Assembly: GCF_044704955.1 (NCBI RefSeq)
Contig: NC_091995.1
Location: 2,728,001 to 2,792,000 of the forward strand
Source: Pristiophorus japonicus
Taxonomy: Eukaryota
Direction of reading: 5' to 3'
Length of the DNA: 64,000 nucleotides
Shown here: piece after piece, positions 1-11,110 of the stretch
Numbering within the stretch: position 1 is the stretch's first letter
Layout of the letters: the number at the start of each line of letters is the position of its first letter
Notes under the pieces: model-generated
What the model was told of the DNA's origin: nothing
Databases searched by the model: none
Seen by the model: the letters and a program-made list of their open reading frames with translations, nothing else
Made by a program: the position numbers and the translations under genes

Positions 1-179
1 CAATAGAAGAAAGATAGATACACAGAAATGAATATCAAAAATGGGATGTTTTAAAAAGTGATTCGAACAATGTAGAATAAATGTATTCTGTTAAAACAGA
101 ATGCAATTCCTAGTAGTTTTTGAGGTCCATGGAAAAATAATGAAGCAAGAAGCCTATTTAAATTAAAGCTCAGATTTCA

Positions 180-720
180 AATGAGATGATCTTGTTGGAA
201 ATACTTCATAGATATGTTTGAGAATATAATACACGTGGTTGATGGGACAATACATTGAATGCAGTGTACATGGAGTTTAGGAAAGCCTTGATAAGGTACC
301 TCACAGGCGATGACTAGAGAAGCTCGTGGGATATGGAATTCGGGGAGGATAGCAAATTGGATAACAAATTACTTAGGATAAAATCAGAGAATAGCATTTA
401 ATGGTGGGTTTTCAGGGTGATTAGAGGTGGGCAGTGGGGCCCCACAGTGTTTCGCTCTGGGGATAGAATTAATTTGATACAAGACCAAAAGAAGTTAATA
501 AGAACATGTGTGAATGGGCTAAATTATTTTTGGACAGAATTATCTGCCAGTAAGTGTGAGCTGAGACAGGGGAAGTAACAGCAGGAATCCTACACCGAAT
601 GGATGTTGGCTCAGTGCGTTAGAAGAGCAGAAGGATTTGGGGGTATAGGTTCACAGAGCATTAAAGGCAGCTCCACGGGTTGATAAGGCTGTTTAACAAA
701 ACCTAATAGGATACCAGGTT
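180..720 (+). mobile_element. Old degenerate CR1 RT fragment in TRIM intron 3 (copies near 23761-24301 and 47287-47830)
   Basis: gtgtacatggagtttaggaaagccttgataaggtacctcac resembles the CR1 YxDFxKAFDKVPH coding sequence, with later RT-like remnants. Confidence 0.65.
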
Positions 721-1649
721 ACATAGGATTAAATAGGATATACGACACTGAAATAGGCCATTCGGGCCAACCAGTCCATGCTGGCGTTTATGCTCCACTC
801 GAGCCTCCTCCTGTCTTTCCTCATCAAAATCTATCACCATAACAGGTTGTGTCACAAGGGATATAGCATATAAAATAAACAGGCAATGATGCAGTATTAG
901 GCTCCACACCAGAGGGACGCTAATCTGGGTTGAATGCGGAGACAGCACAGATGGTCTCGGATGCTGCCTGGAATCAGGAAATGTAAATATAAAGAAAGAA
1001 AAAATCAATTTATGGGGCAACACGATATATCATAGTCTTATTTAAGTGAGACAAGGTATGTAGAAACAAACAATGGAGCTACTGAAGAGATCACAAAGTT
1101 TCGGTTTAAAGAATGGACTCAGTCGAGAATATTTCGTGGACTTTATGGGCTTTTCTGAGGGTATTTTCCCTGTGGTGGGATCACCCTGTGCCGATCAGTG
1201 AAAAAGCTGGTGTTGTTAAAACTCTAGAGACCACATGGCAGTTAGCTGTGACAAAAGAACTGTCAGTCATCCAGAACGGGTTTGCCCACCAGTCCCAGCT
1301 AAAGGAAGGGGGCCATGAATATTGACAAAAGAGCTGTCGGCCAGGAAGGGGGGCCACTGACAAAGCCACTCTAACATGCAAAAGCACTTCTCACTTGCAT
1401 CTCCGAAGGAAAGCAGAACAATGAACCCACTAGCCTGTTCAGACAAAGAGGAGCCAGGTCTTTCCCAACACAAAGACTGAGAGAGATGCCCAGATTCAGA
1501 GCCATCAGCCCAATACATATGGTCCATCACTGACCATGACTCATTTCATTTACACTCTGAATAATAATTCCCGGGTCTAGAACGTTTGTAAGGCGATTCG
1601 AACCATCCATCTAGCAATTGGGCTAAAATCAAAACCGCTTACACTACTT

Positions 1650-2350
1650 GTTACAAAATTTAGGATGTGCAAAGAATCCAGAATTGGAGGAGCACAGATA
1701 TCTTGGTGGGTTGTTTACCTGGAGGAGGTTGCAGAGATAGGGAGGGGAGAGGCCACGGATTGAGTTGAAAACAAGAATGAGAATGTCAAAATTGAGATGT
1801 TTCTTAACCAGGAGACAGTTTGCGCCAGCGAGCACAGGGGTGATGGCTGGACGGGACTTGGTGTAAGTTAGGAAATGTGCCTCTGAGTTCTGCATCAGCC
1901 CAAGTTTATGGAGGGTGTAAAATCGGAGGCCAGCCTGGAGAGCAATGGACTAGTCAAGTCCATAGGTAGCAAAAGCATAGATGAGGGTTTCAGCAGCTGA
2001 TGATGAGGCAGGGGATGAGACGGGAGATGTTACAGAGGTGGAAATAAGTGGTGTTGATGATGGCATGGATATGTGGTAGGAATCCCATATCGGGGTCAAA
2101 TAAGACGCCAAGGTTGTGAACAGCCTCAATCAGCCTCAGACAGTGGCCGAGGAGAGGGGTGGAGTTGGTGTCGAGGGAACGGAATTTGTGGCGGGGACCA
2201 AAGAAAATGGCTTCGACTATCCCAATATTTAATTGGAAGAAATTGCTATTCTTCCACTTCTGGATATCGGACAAGCACCGTGACACATCTGGAACATTGC
2301 CGGGGTTGCGAGGTGAGCTGGGTGAGGTCAGCATACATGATGTTGTGTTT
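1650..2350 (-). mobile_element. L2-clade LINE ORF2 3' fragment in TRIM intron 3
   Basis: Minus-strand peptides [49 protein letters not shown] are typical of the L2 RT C-terminal region. Confidence 0.8.
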
Positions 2351-2393
2351 CAGATGATCTCACCGAATGTATTTAAATAAAACAAGGTATTAC

Positions 2394-3661
2394 CTTCAGA
2401 AATGAGATTGTGTCTTGCTCCTCCATCTGTCTCTGTAACTCGGATATCTCTCGATTAATACCATTTAACTTCTGTTGGATTCCACTGAGGTTTTCATCCA
2501 TTGATTTTAGAATATTCCCCTCTTGTTCCCTGAGATCTCTGATCCATTGCTGCTCTTTATCACTGAGAATCTGGTGAATTTTAGCGAACTCTGATGCTAT
2601 GTGGGTCTGCAGAATGCTCGACTGTTCCTACCAAATGAAATGTGAAACATAATTCATGTACCGTGAAAAAGGGAACAAAACTAACCGAGATCCCAGAAAA
2701 TCAGCACAGGGAGACATAGGAACATAGAAAATAGGTGCAGGAGCAGGCCATTCGGCCCTTCGAGCCTGCACCGCCATTGAATATGTTCATTGGCTGATCA
2801 TGCAACTTCAGAACACTCCCACCTCCTCTCTATACCCGCTGACGCCCTCAGCCGTAAGAGCCACATCTAAATCCCTCCTGACTATATCCAACAACTGGAC
2901 TCAACAATTTTCTGTGGGAGAGAATTCCACAGGTGCACCACTCTCTGGGTGTAAAAGTTTCTCCTCATCTCGGTCCTATATCCCTTATCCTTAGACTCTG
3001 ACCCCTGGTTCTGGACTTGCCCAACATCGGGAACATTCTTGCTGCATCGAATCTGTCCAGTTTCTTACCCTAACTCCGGAAATCTGCTGTTCCTGCCGCC
3101 GTGCGGTGTCCAGAGCCGAATCCTTTCTCTTTGTAGCCGATTCCAGGGATGATTTCAGTTTATCCTGCAATTAGAAATTAAATTAGAGTAAAGTTTAAAC
3201 ATAAGATGTTTAAATGTTGCCAGAGATTCTACCCTCCATGTTACCCTGTACATCTGTACAGCCTCCGTCAGTCCCACGAAGTTGTGGGACTTGTGCCCCG
3301 GGCCCTCTGTCGCGACCAGACACTTCACACAGATCAGTTTCTTGTCAGTTTCACAAAACAGCGTCAGTTCTTCCTGATGTTCCTCACAGAGATGTTTACT
3401 GTCTCTATCTTTGGTATTCACAGTTATTTTTCGAGCTTTCTCGGCTAGATTCGCCAAGGCCCGATTATCCCTGAAGTTTATTTCCTGAAACTCCTCTCTA
3501 CATTCCGGGCAGCAGTTTGTCTCCTTATCCCAACACAGTGTGATACAGGAGCGGCAGAAATTGTGCCCACACTCCAGCATTACTGGGTCGGTGAAGAAAT
3601 CCAGACAAATGGGACAAATTGCCTCCTCGGTCAAACTCTCCGACTGCCATCCAGATGCCAT
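2394..3661 (-). CDS. TRIM copy A (RING, B-box 2, coiled coil), exons 1-3; 3' exons lie left of the window
   Basis: Exon 1 3661-3245 (417 nt; C3HC4 RING CPIC..CGH..C..C..CPEC; B-box CEEH..C..D..C..C..H..H), exon 2 3164-3069 (96 nt), exon 3 2627-2394 (234 nt). All GT-AG, phase 0, open frame. No difference from copy B seen in these exons. Confidence 0.92.
2712..3060 (-). mobile_element. CR1 3' end in TRIM intron 2 (copies 26293-26641, about 49840-50195)
   Basis: Reverse complement of the CR1 tail seen at 8040-8122 (aacatagaaaataggtgcaggagcaggccattcggcccttcgagcctgcacc). Confidence 0.82.
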
Positions 3662-3690
3662 TTTTCTCTCAGCACTTCCTGATTTAATCC

Positions 3691-3702
3691 GCTTTCAGTT
3701 TC
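3691..3702 (-). promoter_or_regulatory. IRF-E/ISRE (GAAACTGAAAGC) upstream of TRIM A
   Basis: Matches the IRF-E consensus GAAA(G/C)(T/C)GAAA(G/C)(T/C), 30 bp from the ATG. ETS core CAGGAAGTG at 3681-3673 and TATA-like TTTAAA at 3716-3711 lie nearby. Confidence 0.7.
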
Positions 3703-4344
3703 AATGTTTGTTTAAAGGGAGGAGCCAGAGCGAGTTTCGGCACAAACCTGCCCGACCTGTTCAGCACTGAGATGTTTACCAATGCTCAGAGGTAAACGCC
3801 TACATTAGAATACACGAGGGAAAAGATTGAGCGTTGTGTGTGTGGAGATTTCCCAATTGGACGTTAAGCGCTTCATCTCTTCCCAGAGAACACTGGACCT
3901 GTGGATCCAGGGGTTCCCGCTGACGGTGGGCGATGATTGACGGGATTCCTTCAGGAGAGAGTTGGTCCTGTTTCTGGGTGGGGAGGAGATGGCCTGGGAC
4001 CAGAGATAGCTACACTGATGGCTAGAGACAGTGTGATCTCCTAGGTTACTTTACATGACCTAAAGGAGCCGGAGAGGAATTTTTCAGATTCTACCCACCC
4101 CCAGGAGATTATGTGACTCTCTGGGGGTTTGGAGTGTCTCTGTGACGACACATGAAGGCAGCACAACTGTATGGGACAGTCTGGGGAGACCCGATGAACT
4201 CTTCTGTTTGGTTTTTTCGTATGTTCGCTGTTCAATGTTACATTCTGTTGATGGAAAATGAAACAATCCGCTCACAGGACAGTATCAGTCAGTATTTAGG
4301 TTTAATCAGTAAATTGTGGATCTATAGACAATGTTAAACAGAGA

Positions 4345-4807
4345 ATGAAAGAAAGTCTAGAATTTATATAGCGCCTTTCACGACTACTGGACTTCTCAAA
4401 GCGCGTTTCAACCAATGATGTACTTTTGAATCGTAGTCACTGTTGTCATGAGGGAAACGCAGCAGGCAATTTGCGCACAGCAAGTTCCCACAACCAGCAA
4501 TGTGATAATGACCAGATAATCTGTTTTTACTTCTGCTGATTGAGGGATAAATATTAGCCAGGACACTGGGGATAACTCCACTGATCTTCTTCGAAATAGT
4601 GCCATGGGATCCTTTCAATCCACCTGAAAGAGCAGAAGGGGCCTCGGTTTAACGTCTCCTGCAAAAGACGATACCTCCGACAGTGCGGCGTTCCCTTCGT
4701 ACTGCACTGGAGTGCCAAGCCTCGATTTTTGTGTTTAAGTCCCTGGAGTCGGCCTTAAACCCACAAACCTCTGACACACAGTGTGAGAGTGCTGCCCACT
4801 GAGCCAC
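4345..4807 (-). mobile_element. tRNA-derived DeuSINE (SacSINE1-like), near full length
   Basis: Minus strand has an A-box-like head gtggctcagtggg, a Deu-domain-like core gatcccatggcactatttcgaagaag..ccccagtgtcctgg, and an L2-type tail aaaggcgctatataaat. Confidence 0.78.
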
Positions 4808-4944
4808 TAATAATAACACACAAGAAAAGAAATTGATAGTATTTGAATATGGATTGTTTTAGTATCTGTTTCCCGTGGCAAGCTGAGGATGGACATCCAT
4901 TAACAGAGCAAAGAATAGTGTAAAAGGAGCAGGAAGTAAATGGA

Positions 4945-5605
4945 TGTTGAAAATGGTGGATGGGATGTCAATCAAGTGGGCTGCTTTGTCCTGCATGCTG
5001 TCGAGATTCTTGAGTGTTGTTGGAGCTACACTCATCCAGACAAGTTGAGAGTATTCCATCGGACTCCTGATTTGTACTTTGTAGATGGTGGAAAGGCATC
5101 GAAGATTCAGGAGGTGAGACACGCGCCGCAGAATACCCAGCCTCTGATCTGCTCTTGTTTCCACAGTATTTATGTGACTGGTCCATTTAAGGTCCTGGTC
5201 AATGGTGAGCTCCAGGGTGATGGGTGAGCGGGACGTGGTATGATTTAAGACTTGGGTAGCCGAGTTTTGATCACTTCTAGTTTATTAAGCAAAGAATGTT
5301 GATGCCAACCAGAAGTGCGTTGGAATAGTCAAGCCTGGACCTAACAATGGCATGGATGAGTGCTTCAGCAATGGAGGCATGTTAGAATGGTGCAAATAGG
5401 CGGCCTTAGTTATGCTGTAGATATGTGGTGGGAAGCTCATTTCAGGGTCAAATATCACACCAACATTGTGAACAGTCTGGTTCGGTGTCAGAAAGATAGT
5501 AGGGAGAGGGATGGAGTCAATGCTAGTGAACAGAGTTTGTAGCAGGGAACAAAAACATCAGCTTCAGTCTTCCCAATGTTGAATTGGTGAAAATTATTGC
5601 TCATC
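4945..5605 (-). mobile_element. Two abutting LINE fragments (CR1/L2-superfamily RT tail 4945-5225; L2 5226-5605); copy at 28526-29186
   Basis: Peptide QRLGILRRVSHLL..LSTIYK.Q.RS.MEYS..W..LD..Q. The L2 part resumes after the CR1 insertion at 8123-8215 (YMYTNDSQLY, a decayed YADD region). Confidence 0.72.
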
Positions 5606-8122
5606 GAGACAGCATCAAACAAGAAATTAGGAATGCATACAATAAAGGTACAGCAGTTATCATGGGCGACTTTAATCTACATATAGATTGGTCAAACCAA
5701 ACTGGTAGCAATACGATGGAGGAAGATTTCCTGGAGTGTATTAAGGATGGTTTTCTGGACCAATATGTCGAGGAACTAAATAGAGGGTTGGCCATTCTAG
5801 ACTGGGTGATGTGTAATGAGAAAGGAATAATTAGCAATCTTGTTGTGCGAGGCCCCTTGGGGAAGAGTGACCATAATATGGTAGAATTCTTTATTAAGAT
5901 GTAAAGTGACGCAGTTCATTCAGAGACTAGGGTCCTGAACTTAAGGAAAGATAACTTCGATGGTATGAGACCTGAATTGGCTGGAATAGACTGGCAAATG
6001 ATACTTAAGGGGTTGATGGTGGATAGGCAATGGCAAACATTTAAAGATCACAAGGATGAACTTCAACAATTGTACATCCCTGTCTTGAGTATAAAATAAA
6101 ATGGGGAAGGTGGCTCAACCGTGGCTAACAAGGGAAATTAAGGATAGTGTTAAATCCAAGGAATTGGCCAGAAAAAGCAGCAAACCTAAGGACTGGGAGA
6201 AATTTGTAATTCAGCAGAAGAGGACAAAGTGTTTAATTAGGAGGGCGAAAATAGAGTATGAGAGAAAGCTTGCTAGGAACATAAAAACTGACTGCAAAAG
6301 CTTGTATAGATATGTGAAGAGAAAAAGATTAGTGAAGACAAATGTAGGTCCCTTGCAGTCAGACTGAGCTGAAGTTATAATGGGGAACAAAGAAATGGCA
6401 GACCAGTTGAACAAATACTTTGGTTCTGTCTTCACAAAGGAAGACACAAATAACCTTCCAGAAGTACGAGGGGATCGAGGGGCTAGTGAGAAGAAGGAAC
6501 TGAAGGATATCCTTATGAGGCGGAAATTGTGTTAGGGAAATTGATAGGATTGAAGGCCGATAAATCCCTGGGGCCTGATAGTCTGCATCCCAGAGTACTT
6601 AAGGAAGTGGCCCTAGAAATAGTGGATGCATTGGTAATCATTTTCCAACAGTCTATCGACTCTGGATCAGTTCCTATGGACTGGAGAGAAGCTAATGTAA
6701 CACCACTTTTTTTTAAAAGATGGGAGAGAGAAAACGGGGAATTATAGGCCAGTTAGCCTGACATCTATAGTGGGGAAAATGTTGCAATCAATTATTAAAG
6801 ATGAAATAAGAGCGCATTTGAAAAGCAGTGACAGGATCGGTCCAAGTCAGTCTGGATTTATGAAAGGGAAATCGTGCTTGACAAATCTTATACAATTTTT
6901 TGCGGTTGTAACTAGTAGAGTGGACAAGGGAGATCCAGTGGATGTGGTGTATTTGGACTTTCAAAAGGCTTTTGACAAGGACCCACACAAGAGATTGGTG
7001 TGCAAAATTAAAGCACATGGTCTTGGGGGTAATGTACTGACGTGGATAGAGAACTGGTTGGCAGACAGGAAGCAGAGATTTGGGATAAACGGGTTGTTTT
7101 CAGAATGGCAGGCAGTGACCAGTGAGGTGACACAGGGCTCAGTGCTGGGACCCCAGCTATTTACAATATACATTAATGATTTGGATGAAGGATTTGAGTG
7201 TAACATCTCCAAGTTTGCAGATGACACTAAACTGGTTGGCGGTGTGAGCTGTGAGGAGGATGCTAAGAGGATGCAGAGTGACTTGGACACGTTAGGTGTG
7301 TGGGCAAATGCATGGCAGATGCAGTATAATGGATAAATGTGAGGTTATCCACTTTGGTGGCAAAAAGTTGAAAGCAGAATATTATCTGAATGGCAGCAGA
7401 TTAGGAAAAGGGGAGGTGCAACGAGACCTGGGTGCCATGGTACATCAAGTCATTGAAAGTAGGCATGCAGGTAGAGCAGGCAGTGAAGAAGGCAAGTGGT
7501 ATGCTGACCTTCATAGCTTGGGGATTTGAGCAGGGAGGTCTTACTGCAGTTGATGAGGCCTCACCTGGAACATTGTGTTCAGTTTTGGTCTCCTAATCTG
7601 TGGAAGGACGTTCTTGCTACTGAGAGAGTGCAGCGAAGCTTCGCCAGAATGATTCCCGGGATGGCAGGACTGACATATGAGGAGAGAATAGATCGACTGG
7701 GCATTTATTCACTTCAGTTTAGAAGGATGAGAGGGGATCTCATAGACACACATAAAATTCTGACGGGACTGGACAGGTTAGATGCAGGAAGAATGTTCCC
7801 GATGTTGGGGAAGCCCAGAACCAGGGGTCACAGTCTAAGGATAAGTGATAAGCCATTTCGGACTGAGATGAGGAGAAACTTCTTCACTCAGAGAGTTGTT
7901 AACCTGTGGAATTCCCTGCCACAGAGAGTTGTTGATGCCAGTTCATTGGATATATTCAAGAGGGAGTTAGATAATGCCCTTACGACTAAAGGAATTAAGG
8001 GGTATGGAGAGAAAGCAGGAAAGGGGTACTGAGATGAATGATCAGCCATGATCTTATTGAATGGTGGTGCAGGCTCGAAGTGCGAATGACCTACTCCTGC
8101 ACCTACTTTCTATGTTTCTATG
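5606..8122 (+). mobile_element. 5'-truncated CR1 LINE, ORF2 (endonuclease C-terminus + RT), nested in an L2
   Basis: Endonuclease motifs IMGDFN, LDWV, GKSDHN. RT motifs YLDFQKAFD, QGSVLGP, KFADDTKL. C-terminal RRNFFTQRVVNLWNSLP. Tail ttctatgtttctatg. Several stops and frameshifts. Confidence 0.93.
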
Positions 8123-8619
8123 GATGTCCGACAACAACATGACAATTCAGAGACTGTGGAGACATCGAGAGAGGTGGTGGTGAGGTAGAGTTGGCTGTCA
8201 TTAGTGTACATGTAAGCTGATATCAGACACTTCAGTTGCCCTCTTCGCCATGAGCTTGAAACAGCCACGGTATTCTGATCCATCCCACAAACAGGAATTA
8301 TTCTCTCACTTTTGTTGTTCACCTGTCCCCAGCCATGATCGCAAACCTTTTACCGAGAACCTTCAAATAAAGCATGTAACTGAGCTCGATCGATTTGCCT
8401 TACAACATGTGGAATACAAAAGCAAAATTACAGATCACTGTGTAAATGTAACTCACGATGTGGGACAAGGAGCCAGAGATATAAACTAGTAAAAGCCAGG
8501 TTCAGGGCGGATGATAGGAAGCACTTCTCCATGGAATGGGTGATAAACACTGGAATTTGAATTAGAGATGGACAATAAAAGCAGCCTTTCCAATGTGGAC
8601 CCCTTCTCGAAAACAGCAG

Positions 8620-9425
8620 CATTCCAAAAGAATCGCTCCTTCCGCGACATCCTGGTCCACTCCCCTATCATCCCCAGCACCCCCTCCCCTTCCCACGGCA
8701 TCTTCCCGTGCAAGCGCAGGAGATGCAACACATGCCCTTGTACCGCCTCCCTTCCCACCGTTCAGGGCCCCAAACATCCTCTACATTGGGCAGACCAAAC
8801 GCAGATTGGGTGACTGCTTTGCAGAACAACTCCGTTCAGTCCGTACGTGTGACCCCGAGCTTCCGGTCGCATGTCACTTTAATTCTCCGCTCCACTCCAC
8901 TCCCACTCTGACCTCTCGGTCCTCGGTTTCTTACACTGTTCGAATGAAGCTCACCGTAAGCGCAGGGAACAGCAGCTCATGTTTTACATACTTCTGGACT
9001 CAACATCGAGATCTACAATTTCATTCCATAAACTCTGCCCCTATATTTTTCGGATGGCAGCTATTGATTGTTCTGATATTCCCAGATACATCTCTTCTCG
9101 ACCTATCTTTTCTTTCTTTACTTGTCCCATTACCATCTCCTTTTGCTTTTTACAATCATACGTCTTATTATTTCATCATTCCTGCTTTCCACCCTATCAC
9201 AGACCTTCCCTTTTGTTCATTCCTCCCCCCGCCGCGCCCTCCCCACCTTTCCCTACCCCTGCAGTTGGTTAAAACCTGTCACATCTCTAATAAAAACCAG
9301 AAAATGCTGGAATTCTCAGCAGGTCAGTCAGCATCTGTGGAGAGGAAGCAGAGTTAACATTTCGGGTCAATGACCCTTGGTCAGATCGGACCAGAATCGT
9401 TAACTCTGCTTCCTCTCCACAGATG
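8620..9425 (+). mobile_element. Penelope-like element 3' fragment (GIY-YIG endonuclease) with inverted terminal segment
   Basis: Peptides PCKRRRCNTCP and LYIGQTKRRLGDCFAEQLRSV..LPVACHFN match the Penelope GIY-YIG region, followed by a pyrimidine-rich tail and terminal inverted repeat. Confidence 0.82.
9332..9425. repeat. Perfect 27-bp inverted repeat with 40-bp spacer
   Basis: catctgtggagaggaagcagagttaac (9332-9358) and gttaactctgcttcctctccacagatg (9399-9425). Confidence 0.93.
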
Positions 9426-9427
9426 TT

Positions 9428-9590
9428 TTTCAAGGATACACTCAAAGCCTCCTTGATAAAATGCAACATTCCCACCGACACCTGGGAGTCCCTGGCCAAA
9501 GACTGCCCTAAGTGGAGGAAGAGCATCCGGGAGGGCGCTGAGCACCTCGAGTCTTGTCGCCGAGAGCATGCAGAAACCAAGCGCAGGCAA
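9428..9590 (+). mobile_element. RTE-clade LINE C-terminal fragment (copies 33009-33171, 59749-59911)
   Basis: FKDTLKASLIKCNIPTDTWESLAKD..KWR..IREG resembles the post-RT region of RTE elements. Confidence 0.7.
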
Positions 9591-10050
9591 AACCTCCCTG
9601 AGTAAAGCAATCCAGAGAACCGGACAAGCATGGCCGGTACTCCTGCCCACCTTATTGATGAGACTGTGTGCTACACCGAACCGCACAACAGCACTTACCC
9701 CTTATGTACTAATAACTGGACGAGCAATAAAACTTCCCAAGGAAACAGTGAAGGGAGAAGTAGAGTTCGGAACTTTACACTATAGAATTAGCAAGTATGT
9801 GACGGAACTGAGTCGGCAGTTGAAAGATATGTGAAAGGATGTGTGCGATAACGAGGAAGAGGAAGACAAGGATAAAGGAACAAAACCCCCGGCACTGGTA
9901 CACGAGGTGGGGGCAAGGGTAATGGTTAAGGTGTTAACAGAAAAATGTGGATTTGCACCCTGACAGAGCGGACCCGATGAAGTACTGATTAGCGGAGACA
10001 TGTGTGCATGCGTAAATATGAAAGGTGGGGGCCGCTGGAAAATGACAATG
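9590..10050 (+). mobile_element. LTR retroelement (ERV/Gypsy) integrase C-terminal fragment (copies 33171-33631, 59911-60371)
   Basis: KTSLSK...W...LP.LLM.L.ATPNRTT.LTPY.LITGR, then VGARVMVK....F.P*.SGP.EV (GPY/F-like module), with stops. Confidence 0.7.
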
Positions 10051-10054
10051 GGTA

Positions 10055-11110
10055 AAGGTTGATATGTGTTTTTGTAACTGGAAGGCGGTATCCAGTGGGG
10101 TTCCACAGGGCTCAGTGCTGGGACGTTGGCTTTTTGTAGTATATATCAATGACTTGGGCTTGAATGTTAAGGGTATGAATAGGACGTTTTCAGATGACAG
10201 AAAGATAGACTGCGTGGATGAAAATGGAAAGAAAGCTTCGGACGACAGGAAGATATCAATGTACTGGTCAGATGGGTAGAACAATGGCAAATAGAATTAA
10301 ATCCACATACGTTGGAGGTCATGCATTTGGGGAGGTCTGACAAGGCAAAGGAATAAATATTCAATCGTATGACGCTGAAAAGTGTAGAGCAATAAAAGGA
10401 CCTTGGAGTGCAGGTCCACAGCTCCCTGAAGGAAGCAGGCCAGGTAGATATGGTGATGAAGAAGGCATATGGAATACTTGCCTTTATTTGTCGAGGCATA
10501 GAATACAACAGCAAGGACGTTATGCTTGAAGTTAATAAAGCACTGGTTTGGCCACAGTTAGAGTACTGTGTGCGGTTCTGATCACCACATTACAGGAAAG
10601 ATGTGACTGCACTAGAGAGGGTACAGAGGAGATTTACAAGAATGTTGGCTGGACTGAAGAATTTTGGCTATGAGGAAAGATTGGAGATGCTGAGTCTGTT
10701 TACTTTGGAACAGAGGAGGCTGAGGGGAGACCTGATTGAGGTGTATATAATTATGAGGGGCCTAGATAGAGTGGAAAGTAAGGGGCTGTTTCCGCTGGCA
10801 GAGGGGTCAACCACCAGGGGCCACGGAATAAAAGTTATTGGAGGGAGGTATAGAGGAGATATGAGGTAAAATCGCGTCACGCAGAAGATTGTTGGGGTCG
10901 GGAACTCACTGCCTGAATGGGTTGTAGAGGGAGAAACCCTCACCACATTTAAAAAATACCTGCATGTGCACTTAAAGTGCCGTAACCTACAGAACTCGGA
11001 CCAAGAGCTGCAAAGTAGGATTAGGCTGGGTAGCTCTTGGTTTGCTGGTGCAGACGCGATGAGTCGATATGGCCTCCTTCCAAGCTGTAAATTTCTAAGA
11101 TGCTATGATG
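10055..11110 (+). mobile_element. CR1 3' fragment
   Basis: SGVPQGSVLG, decayed [26 protein letters not shown], and 3' tail. Confidence 0.87.

Noticed and set aside
1245-1365. Short modular repeats (tgacaaaaga.ctgtc, ggaagggggcca) in intron 3
   Set aside because: Only two short imperfect copies each. I could not assign them to an LTR or regulatory element.
3155-3661. 168-aa single-exon RING/B-box protein from the ORF track
   Set aside because: The tail VTWRVESL... is read-through of an 80-bp GT-AG intron. Splicing at 3245/3164 continues into the coiled coil.
6770-8032. Active or domesticated reverse transcriptase
   Set aside because: ORF2 is 5'-truncated and broken by stops and frameshifts in all three copies. 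Its conservation reflects recent duplication.
8593-9357. 254-aa ORF as a novel gene
   Set aside because: Only a short central part is in the GIY-YIG frame. The rest is low-complexity tail, and the ORF is frameshifted in unit 3.
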